From assembly GCA_051879715.1 (NCBI GenBank), contig JBJEMO010000071.1, positions 4,762 through 68,761 of the forward strand: a stretch of 64,000 nt of DNA. The letters are read 5' to 3'. How positions within the stretch are numbered: the stretch's first letter is position 1; every line of letters begins with the position of its first letter. Below the pieces are notes generated by a model. That model saw only the letters and a list, made by a program, of their open reading frames with translations. It ran no database searches and was not told the origin of the DNA. Below, piece by piece: positions 56,346-64,000 of the stretch. The DNA comes from Bilifractor sp. Lineage in GTDB: Bacteria; Bacillota; Clostridia; Lachnospirales; Lachnospiraceae. Both the position numbers and the translations under genes were made by a program.

Positions 56346-57218
56346 TCAGGTATCCATCTGCTCCAGATAATCCAGCAGATAGAAATCGTCCTTCTTGTCC
56401 GCAAGAAACAGGGTGCCTATTTTTTCACCCTGGATGATTCTGTGGATGATATGAAAATCCTCACCACTGGCGATGATCATGTCACATCCGCCCATGGTTG
56501 CGACACGGGCTGCAGAGAGCTTGGTTGCCATACCGCCGGTTCCTGCATTGCTTCCGGTTGTGGACTTGCCCATATGCATGAGATTGTCATCGATGCGGTC
56601 TACAATATCGATGAATTCTGCTTTGGGGTTGGTATGCGGATCATCTGTGTACAGTCCGTCGATATCGGAGAGGAGAATCAGAAGGTCCGCATGAATCATA
56701 GCGGCAACAACGGCTGACAGATGATCATTATCTCCAAAAACAGACAGTGAGTCAATTTCATAGGTCGCAATCGTATCATTCTCGTTGACGACAGGGATCA
56801 CGCCCGCCTTGAACATCTCCTGAAAGCAGTTCACTGTATTGTAGCGGTTCAAAGCGTCGAGCATCGTGTGCTTGGTCATCAGGATCTGGCCGCATACATG
56901 ATTGTATTCAGAGAAGATTTTCTGATATATCATCATCAGCTTTGCCTGCCCGACTGCCGCACAGGCCTGCTTCTGTGCAATTGTTTCATCCTGCTTGCAG
57001 ACCCCAAGCGTACCGCGGCCCACCATGATCGCACCAGAGGAGACAAGGACAACCTCCTTGCCCATATTCACAAGATCACAGATTTCCCGGATCAGGATTT
57101 CCACCTTGATCAGATCCAGTCTTCCGGTCTCCTTGTGCGCAAGGGAGGAGGAACCGATCTTAATGACAATCCGCTTCTTATCCTTCAGCTTCTCTCTTAC
57201 TCTTGTATCGAGATTCAT
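56346..57218 (-). CDS. proB: Glutamate 5-kinase (short form without a PUA domain)
   Basis: Amino-acid-kinase fold (RIVIKIGSSSL...VVLVSSGAI...GDNDHLSA). Start moved to ATG 57218 (MNLDTRV) because the upstream extension looks non-coding. Confidence 0.85.
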   Translation of the reverse strand: MNLDTRVREKLKDKKRIVIKIGSSSLAHKETGRLDLIKVEILIREICDLVNMGKEVVLVSSGAIMVGRGTLGVCKQDETIAQKQACAAVGQAKLMMIYQKIFSEYNHVCGQILMTKHTMLDALNRYNTVNCFQEMFKAGVIPVVNENDTIATYEIDSLSVFGDNDHLSAVVAAMIHADLLILLSDIDGLYTDDPHTNPKAEFIDIVDRIDDNLMHMGKSTTGSNAGTGGMATKLSAARVATMGGCDMIIASGEDFHIIHRIIQGEKIGTLFLADKKDDFYLLDYLEQMDT

Positions 57219-57364
57219 ATTCAGCTCCCCTCCTGTATGCTGATGTTCAATTCGAATCCATATATATACTACTCCACCTGCTACTGCACCGGCATATGCA
57301 TACACCAATATGGCATATCGGCGCTTTATCCGGTCCTGTGCGCTTTCATTTCAGTTCCATGCAA

Positions 57365-57871
57365 TCAGTCCCGTGTAATTCCAAGGGCCTGCAGCGCATC
57401 CTCCTGTTTCTGCACCATGACCGCCTCCTCATCCGGAACCATATGGTCATATCCAAGCAGGTGAAGCATGCTGTGTGCAATCAGAAATGCGATTTCCCTC
57501 TTCAGGGAATGACCGTATTCCTCCGCCTGAGCTTCTGCTCGTTCCACTGATATGACAATGTCGCCAAGCAGGAGTTCTCCTGTCTCCGGGTTGAAAAAAT
57601 CTGCAGAGCGCTCTGTATCATCCAGTGCAGTGTAATCTGCGGGACTTGTCCAATCAATCATGGGAAAGGAAAGCACATCGGTTGCACGGTCGATCTGGCG
57701 GAATTCGCGGTTCAGCCGCCGGATTTCTGTATTGTCTGTAAAGGTCAGATTGATTTCCGCCTCATAGGGACAATGTTCTGATGTCAGGATCTGCCTGATC
57801 ACACACTCCGCAACATCTTTATAATCAAAGGGGATCTCCCTGTTCTGTTCATTTTCCAGATTCAGAGTCAT
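57365..57871 (-). CDS. ybeY: rRNA maturation endoribonuclease YbeY
   Basis: Metal-binding motif HSMLHLLGYDH. Confidence 0.9.
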   Translation of the reverse strand: MTLNLENEQNREIPFDYKDVAECVIRQILTSEHCPYEAEINLTFTDNTEIRRLNREFRQIDRATDVLSFPMIDWTSPADYTALDDTERSADFFNPETGELLLGDIVISVERAEAQAEEYGHSLKREIAFLIAHSMLHLLGYDHMVPDEEAVMVQKQEDALQALGITRD

Positions 57872-57964
57872 TTCATACCTCCTCTTCCATCCGTGGCCGT
57901 AAAAAAGTGTCCTGAAGGATTCTGCTGCAGCCGGTCGGATATCATATTGTCATGACAGGCTGGT

Positions 57965-59002
57965 TCAGCCGGAATGCCTGCCATTCCTGTTCCCTGAAGC
58001 CGGACCTGTATGTGCAGTGCGGCTGCCCTTCCGTGATCGTCCGCTTTCTTTCTTCTCGTATTTCTCATAGGCTTCCACGATTTTCTGTACCAAAGGATGA
58101 CGTACAACGTCCTTGCTGGAGAGCTCACAGAAAGAAATACCATCTACATTCCTTAATACGCGTGTCGCAACGTCCAGACCGGAAGTTACGCCCTGTGCAA
58201 GGTCCTTCTGGGTCATATCTCCCGTGACAATCACCTTGGAACCAAAACCGATTCTGGTCAGAAACATTTTCATCTGTGCAGGAGTGGTATTCTGCGCCTC
58301 GTCCAGAATAATATAGGCGTCATCAAGGGTACGTCCTCTCATATATGCAAGGGGAGCCACCTCGATCAGTCCCTTTTCCATATTCTTCTGAAAGCTTTCA
58401 GCACCCATGATCTGATACAGGGCATCATACAGTGGGCGAAGATATGGATCAATCTTGCTCTGAAGGTCTCCCGGCAGAAAACCAAGCTTCTCACCTGCTT
58501 CAATGGCAGGACGGGTCAGTATGATTCTGCTCACCTCATCATTGCGGAAGGCAGTAATGGCCATTGCCATGGCCAGATAGGTTTTTCCGGTTCCGGCCGG
58601 ACCGATTCCGAAAGTAATCATATGGTCCCGGATGGCATCTACATACTGCTTCTGTCCGATGGTCTTCGGTTTGACAGCCCTGCCGTTGATTGTATGGCAG
58701 ATCAGGTCACCATCAAGTTCAAGCACTCTGGATTCTCTGGACTCCATTGCCATAGACAGCATGTAGTTTATGTTCTGCTCCGTGATCTCATTGCCACGCT
58801 CTGAAAGAGTGATAAGCTCTTCCAGCATTTTTCTGGCAGCGGCTACATTGGATGCAGGACCGATGATTTTCAGCGCCCCGTCGCGGGAGAGGAGGGTCAC
58901 ACCCAGAGTTCTCTCTATTTTCTTGACATTCTGATCAAATTCACCGTAGACTTTTTTTTCGTGCTCTGCGGGAATTTCCATTTGTTCTTCAATCACTGCC
59001 AC
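57965..59002 (-). CDS. phoH: PhoH-family ATPase
   Basis: Walker A GPAGTGKT, DEAQN Walker B and an N-terminal KH-like region. Confidence 0.9.
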   Translation of the reverse strand: MAVIEEQMEIPAEHEKKVYGEFDQNVKKIERTLGVTLLSRDGALKIIGPASNVAAARKMLEELITLSERGNEITEQNINYMLSMAMESRESRVLELDGDLICHTINGRAVKPKTIGQKQYVDAIRDHMITFGIGPAGTGKTYLAMAMAITAFRNDEVSRIILTRPAIEAGEKLGFLPGDLQSKIDPYLRPLYDALYQIMGAESFQKNMEKGLIEVAPLAYMRGRTLDDAYIILDEAQNTTPAQMKMFLTRIGFGSKVIVTGDMTQKDLAQGVTSGLDVATRVLRNVDGISFCELSSKDVVRHPLVQKIVEAYEKYEKKESGRSRKGSRTAHTGPASGNRNGRHSG

Positions 59003-59045
59003 TGTTCATCCTCTCCATGCGGACAAGTACGCCGCAAATATACTT

Positions 59046-59603
59046 TCATTTATTACTGTCACTGTATCTTTTGTAAAAGATCAGGGAAAACCATAGTTGT
59101 GTACGTGCATCCAGGTAATAATCCATCCCACAGGTTTCCGCCAGCTTCGCAACGAGAATCCCCTGTCCTTCAATACATGGATGCATGCGTTCCGGGAAAC
59201 GGCAGGGAGCATCAGGGTAGGAACATTTCTGACAGATATTGCAGGAGTCTCCGGACAACCGCCAGGTCTGTACACCGAGCTTTTTTATCTCCTGCTCTAT
59301 TTCATCAGTAAGACTTTCATGAGAAGCCCTGGTGCGCATATTTTCCCTCATATTCATCACATCGGAAACTTCATGAACGGTTGAAAAGAAGAAGGCATTC
59401 TCCCACTGCAAGCATCTTTTATGACATGTATCAACACTTCCGACTGCCGGTGGGCAGGACCAGCTGGTGCCATACCGGCTGCATTCCGTTCTGCAGATCG
59501 TGCGGACCTTCTCTGAAAAAACAATCTGGGATGGCTTCAGAAAGCCAAATTCAAATATAGGGAATTTCTGGATCAGTATTTCAATCTGCTCTTGCATAGA
59601 CAT
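59046..59603 (-). CDS. DUF2284-type predicted metal-binding protein
   Basis: Cys-rich motifs CRTECSRYGTSWSCPP and CNICQKCSYPDAPCRFP. Confidence 0.7.
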   Translation of the reverse strand: MSMQEQIEILIQKFPIFEFGFLKPSQIVFSEKVRTICRTECSRYGTSWSCPPAVGSVDTCHKRCLQWENAFFFSTVHEVSDVMNMRENMRTRASHESLTDEIEQEIKKLGVQTWRLSGDSCNICQKCSYPDAPCRFPERMHPCIEGQGILVAKLAETCGMDYYLDARTQLWFSLIFYKRYSDSNK

Positions 59604-59614
59604 TACAGTACACC

Positions 59615-60094
59615 TTATTTGTGATACGGCTCATGATGCAGAATACGGAAGCTTCTATAGATCTGCTCCAGCAGGATCATACGCATCAGCTGGTGGGGAA
59701 AGGTCATTCTCGAAAAGCTGAGTTTCCAGTCCGCCTTTTGCAGTACCTGCCCGGAAAGCCCAAGAGAACCGCCAATCACAAATACTATATGACTTATTCC
59801 CCGGACGGTCAATGCTGAAATCCTCTCTGAAAGCTGTATGGAATCCGGTGCATCACCCTCTATGGCCAGCGCTATGACATAGGCGTTTGCAGGCAGGACC
59901 CTTAGCAGACGTTCACCTTCCTTTTCCCGGATCGCGGCTTCTTCCAGGGCAGATGCCCCCTCAGGTGTTTTTTCATCCGGAACCTCCAGAATCTGCAGAT
60001 TGCAGTACCGGTTCAGTCGTTTGCTGTACTCCTGAATTCCCTCCTGCAGATATTTTTCTTTTATCTTCCCGACACAGGCAATTGTAATTTTCAA
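59615..60094 (-). CDS. rlmH: 23S rRNA (pseudouridine1915-N3)-methyltransferase
   Basis: SPOUT family (KITIACVGKIKEKYL...IVFVIGGSLG...LEQIYR). TTG start at 60094 with AGGAGG 9 nt upstream; the longer ORF to 60115 is rejected. Confidence 0.85.
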   Translation of the reverse strand: MKITIACVGKIKEKYLQEGIQEYSKRLNRYCNLQILEVPDEKTPEGASALEEAAIREKEGERLLRVLPANAYVIALAIEGDAPDSIQLSERISALTVRGISHIVFVIGGSLGLSGQVLQKADWKLSFSRMTFPHQLMRMILLEQIYRSFRILHHEPYHK

Positions 60095-60220
60095 TGTATT
60101 CCGCCTCCTGCACAAAGCCGCATGAAACGCCCGGATTCCGGGTAATAAAACAGAAAAGACCCCTTAGCGCGTGAACAAAGGACTAAGGGGCCCGTAAAAA
60201 CGTGTACTGCAGATTCAGAA

Positions 60221-61624
60221 TCAGTCAGCGTTTTTGGACTTGATGAATTGGTCAATTCCCTTTGCGGCAGCCTTGCCTGCACCCATGGCAAGTATGACAG
60301 TGGCAGCTCCGGTAACCGCATCTCCGCCGGCAAAAACACCATCCTTAGTAGTCTGGCCGTTCTCCTCACTGGCGATGATACATTTTCTCTTATTTACATC
60401 CAGTCCGACTGTGGTGGAAGAAATCAGTGGATTAGGAGAGGTTCCCAGGGACATGATAACAGTATCACAATCCATGTCGAACTCCGAGCCAGGAATCTCT
60501 ACCGGGCGGCGTCTTCCGGATGCATCCGGCTCACCGAGCTCCATGCGGATGCAGCGGATCTTATTCACCCATCCTGTCTTCTCATCCGCAATAATTTCAA
60601 CCGGGTTTGTCAGAAGATCGAAGATGATACCCTCTTCCTTTGCATGATGTACTTCTTCACGTCGTGCGGGAAGCTCCTCTTCCGAACGACGGTATACAAT
60701 ATGCACCTCAGCACCCAGTCTGAGTGCTGTTCTGGCAGCATCCATAGCAACGTTACCACCGCCTACAACGACAACCTTCTTCCCTCTGTGAATAGGTGTA
60801 TAATAATCATCCCTGTACGCCTTCATCAGGTTGTTTCGTGTGAGATATTCATTTGCAGAGAATACACCCAGTGCAGTCTCCCCCGGAATATTCATGAATC
60901 TGGGAAGACCGGCGCCGGATCCGATAAACACTGCTTCAAAACCCTCTTCGCCAAGCAGTTCATCTACAGTGATGGATTTTCCGATGACTACATTTGTCTC
61001 AATTTTTACGCCAAGACTCCTGACGTTATCGACTTCCTTTTCAACGACTTTATCCTTTGGAAGACGGAACTCCGGAATGCCGTAAGCAAGTACGCCCCCG
61101 GCTTTATGCAGCGCTTCAAAGATGGTAACATCATATCCCATCTTCGCCAGATCACCTGCACAGGTGAGCCCTGACGGTCCTGCACCGATCACAGCAACCT
61201 TATGTCCGTTCTTTTCTTTGGCCGGAGCGGGTTTGATTCCATTCTCCTTGGCCCAGTCAGCAGTAAAGCGCTCCAGCTTGCCAATGGAGACAGCCTCACC
61301 CTTGATGCCGCGGATGCATCTCTCTTCACACTGTGTCTCCTGCGGACATACTCGGCCGCAGACAGCCGGAAGGGAGCTGGACTGTCCGATGACATCGTAA
61401 GCATGATGGAAATCACCGGCCTTGATACCCTGGATAAACGCAGGAATATTGATATGTACCGGGCATCCTTCTACACATTTTGGCTTTTTGCAGTTCAGGC
61501 ATCTTGTGGATTCAGCCATTGCCTCTTCCTGATTATACCCAAGGCAGACCTCATCGAAGTTTCTGGCACGAACCATGGGATCCTGCTCTCTGACAGGAAC
61601 TTTCTTCAGCATATCAACTTCCAT
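60221..61624 (-). CDS. nfnB: NADPH-dependent glutamate-synthase-small-chain-like flavoprotein (NfnB-type subunit)
   Basis: N-terminal Fe-S Cys motifs (CLNCKKPKCVEGCP, CGRVCP), two Rossmann motifs (VIGAGPSGL, VVGGGNVAMD), and pairing with a PyrK-like subunit. Confidence 0.8.
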   Translation of the reverse strand: MEVDMLKKVPVREQDPMVRARNFDEVCLGYNQEEAMAESTRCLNCKKPKCVEGCPVHINIPAFIQGIKAGDFHHAYDVIGQSSSLPAVCGRVCPQETQCEERCIRGIKGEAVSIGKLERFTADWAKENGIKPAPAKEKNGHKVAVIGAGPSGLTCAGDLAKMGYDVTIFEALHKAGGVLAYGIPEFRLPKDKVVEKEVDNVRSLGVKIETNVVIGKSITVDELLGEEGFEAVFIGSGAGLPRFMNIPGETALGVFSANEYLTRNNLMKAYRDDYYTPIHRGKKVVVVGGGNVAMDAARTALRLGAEVHIVYRRSEEELPARREEVHHAKEEGIIFDLLTNPVEIIADEKTGWVNKIRCIRMELGEPDASGRRRPVEIPGSEFDMDCDTVIMSLGTSPNPLISSTTVGLDVNKRKCIIASEENGQTTKDGVFAGGDAVTGAATVILAMGAGKAAAKGIDQFIKSKNAD

Positions 61625-62511
61625 TACTTGTCACCTCCGCACATTCCACAGCCGCCGTGATGTGTATCACCCTCCTGAGCCTTCAGGATTGCACGACCTT
61701 CCTCTGTCTGATACATTCTGTTTCTCTGCATAGCCTGGTCAAAATCAACCAGATGTCCGTCAAACTCGGGACCATCTACACAGGCAAACTTCACTTCATT
61801 GCCGACGATAACACGACATGCTCCGCACATTCCTGTGCCATCTACCATGATCGGGTTCATGCTGACAACAGTATGGATATTGTAGCCCTTTGTCATCTTG
61901 CATACGAACTTCATCATGATCATCGGGCCGATGGCAACGCACCAGTCATAATGCTTACCCTCTTTTTCGATCAGGTCCTGCAGACATACGGTAACCATAC
62001 CCTTTCTCTGATAGGAGCCGTCATCGGTTGTGATATAGAGGTTGCAGACAGATTTGAATTCATCCTCAAGAATGACGAGATCCTTGTTCTTTGCGCCAAT
62101 GATGACATCTGCGGTCACGCCATGCTCATGCAGCCATTTCACCTGCGGGTATACCGGAGCAGTTCCAACGCCGCCGGCAATGAAGACAATGCTTCTCTTT
62201 TTCAATTCCTCTATTGGTGTGTCAATGAGATCTGAGGGACGGCCAAGGGGACCCACAAAATCTTCAAATGCATCTCCCGTGGAAAGCTCAGCCATTCTTC
62301 TGGTGGAATTGCCGATTGGCTGAAAAACGATGGTAATGGTTCCTTTTTCCCGGTCGTAATCACAGATAGTCAGAGGAATGCGCTCCCCTACTTCATCAAC
62401 CTTGGCAATGATGAACTGTCCAGGCTGACAATGCTTTGCTACCATTGGCGCATCCACCACCATGCGGTAGATGTTCGCCGCCAACTTGTCTGCAGACAAA
62501 ATCTTATACAT
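61624..62511 (-). CDS. nfnA: PyrK-like FAD/NAD(P)-binding iron-sulfur subunit (NfnA-type)
   Basis: Ferredoxin-reductase-type FAD/NAD fold, a C-terminal DGTGMCGACRV cluster motif, and a 1-nt overlap with the downstream flavoprotein gene. Confidence 0.8.
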   Translation of the reverse strand: MYKILSADKLAANIYRMVVDAPMVAKHCQPGQFIIAKVDEVGERIPLTICDYDREKGTITIVFQPIGNSTRRMAELSTGDAFEDFVGPLGRPSDLIDTPIEELKKRSIVFIAGGVGTAPVYPQVKWLHEHGVTADVIIGAKNKDLVILEDEFKSVCNLYITTDDGSYQRKGMVTVCLQDLIEKEGKHYDWCVAIGPMIMMKFVCKMTKGYNIHTVVSMNPIMVDGTGMCGACRVIVGNEVKFACVDGPEFDGHLVDFDQAMQRNRMYQTEEGRAILKAQEGDTHHGGCGMCGGDK

Positions 62512-62724
62512 GTTGTCCTCCTATAATAAAATATATTAGCGCAATTCAAGTATATCAATGATTTCAATCCACAATGATATCGTGACCACGCATCCTGACG
62601 GAAAGAAAATACTCCGCAGTGATCTATAATTTATGATTATCTAGTGTATCATGAAATTGTATTTTCTGATTATTTTTTCTTACTTTTTTACATTCATGGC
62701 AGGTTTCTGAGCAGCAAACCATTA

Positions 62725-64000
62725 TTATTGATTTCCTGTATTTCCTGAAGCTGTGTCCGTATTATCCTTCTTGTTCTCATCTGAAGATTTGTTTTCACTT
62801 GATGATGAGGAAGAACTTGTAGCAGCAGGTGTCGTTGTGGGCTTCTGTGTCGGCTCTGCTGTCGGCGTAGCCGTCGGTGTAGGCGTGGCAATTGTTTCTG
62901 AATTGTATGTATTTGACGGTGTATATGTCTCACTTGCGGACTGTGTCGGTACAGCTGTCGGCGTAGGTGTGGCTGTTACCGTGGGCGTTACCACATTATA
63001 GATATACGTTGCAGATGCTACTTTGCCGAGTTTGCCATCCTTACTGCACAGGACCGCATAGAAAATATGCTCTCCCTTGCGCATGCTGACCGGCTTCTTA
63101 TATTGGCTGCTTTTCTTTGTTGGAATCTGGTCAAAAGCATAATAACAGGTATAGCCGTCCGGAACCGTCACCGTAATCTGGGTAATATCCGTATTCCCTT
63201 CATCCGCAGAATCCGAAGAAACTGTCTCGGAATCAAGTGCTCCCGATGTATCTGCATCACTGGTCACATGGGTATAAGTACCTGATTTTGGTGAAATCTT
63301 GGGAGCGGCAGGTGTATCCAGCTCAATGCTGAATTCCTGACTGGCAATACTGCTTGATATCCCCTTGTCCGTGATCACAATGGCCTTTACGGTTGTTGTG
63401 CCTTCCGGGAGATCAAAGGATCCTGTATATTTTGTAGAAGAACTGTCCGGATCGGAATCATCTGTTGTATAATAAATGGTTCCTTTTGAAGAGGACGATA
63501 TAGTAACGGTCTGTATTGAACTATATGTACCACCATCCGGGCTGATCACGGGTGCCTCTGGAAGATAATCCTTATATTTTGCAAGAACGCTTTCATTCTT
63601 ACAGTTTTTCAGGATATTGCGTATTGCATCTGTGTTGCCGTCCTTTGTATACAGACTGATCAGCAGATCATAAGCCTTTGTATAGGAATAATCCTTATTG
63701 ATCAGGGAGATGAGAACTTTTTCCGCATCACTGTTCTTCCCCAGGGCAGCATAAATTTCCGCCTCCAGATAAAGGCCATCGGAATTGGAATCATCAAAGT
63801 GCAGTGCCTGTGTTATATAAGAAAGAGCCTCCTCATAATCTCCCATTTCGTAGGCATTTTCCGCCTGTTTATATTGGTAGGAGAAGGATTGACTCTGACG
63901 GCTGAAACGCCATACAGAAACACTGATGATGATAGCAGCAGCTGCAGCGGCAATCAGCAGAGAGAGCAGCAGAATCCTTCTATGGATCTCATGCTTTCTT
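62725..64000 (-). CDS. Membrane-anchored TPR protein with chitobiase/hexosaminidase-C-like domains and a T/P-rich tail (5' end beyond the window)
   Basis: The frame stays open upstream of Met-63846 to the window edge through a TM segment (LLLSLLIAAAAAAIIISV). TPR-like repeats, two GTIYYTTDDSDP / CYYAFDQ beta-domains, and TPTPTATPT low complexity. Confidence 0.65.
   Translation of the reverse strand, partial: RKHEIHRRILLLSLLIAAAAAAIIISVSVWRFSRQSQSFSYQYKQAENAYEMGDYEEALSYITQALHFDDSNSDGLYLEAEIYAALGKNSDAEKVLISLINKDYSYTKAYDLLISLYTKDGNTDAIRNILKNCKNESVLAKYKDYLPEAPVISPDGGTYSSIQTVTISSSSKGTIYYTTDDSDPDSSSTKYTGSFDLPEGTTTVKAIVITDKGISSSIASQEFSIELDTPAAPKISPKSGTYTHVTSDADTSGALDSETVSSDSADEGNTDITQITVTVPDGYTCYYAFDQIPTKKSSQYKKPVSMRKGEHIFYAVLCSKDGKLGKVASATYIYNVVTPTVTATPTPTAVPTQSASETYTPSNTYNSETIATPTPTATPTAEPTQKPTTTPAATSSSSSSSENKSSDENKKDNTDTASGNTGNQ

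Noticed and set aside
60248-61174. 308-aa + strand ORF
   Set aside because: It is antisense to the nfnB-type flavoprotein gene and has no features of its own.

Overview
This 64-kb window looks like a Firmicutes chromosome (Clostridia, Lachnospiraceae-like by gene content), with almost all genes on the minus strand. Positions 1-19.8 kb hold a conserved cell-envelope and division block: rluD, lspA, aroB, sepF, yggS, a DD-carboxypeptidase, rodA, PBP2, mreDCB and radC. Positions 19.9-27.7 kb hold accessory surface genes: a beta-helix lipoprotein, an OmpR/histidine-kinase pair, and a GH25 muramidase with three ricin-type lectin domains. Positions 27.9-45.1 kb hold a ~17-kb sortase-dependent pilus/adhesin island with one class B sortase, two class C sortases, two pilins and one giant adhesin. 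The main finding is that the adhesin gene is split by a ~2.97-kb group II intron ribozyme with no reverse-transcriptase ORF. Its domain IV instead carries a 72-aa basic ORF and a complete ChW-repeat secreted-protein gene. That gene has its own promoter (with a G8 tract in the spacer), signal peptide and terminator, and is looped out by a 21-bp long-range helix. Positions 45.3-64 kb are housekeeping genes (mutS/mutL, miaA/miaB, proB, ybeY, phoH, rlmH, nfnAB). I saw no rRNA, tRNA, CRISPR, transposase, integrase or recombinase genes. All calls come from reading the sequence and from remembered family motifs; no searches were run.
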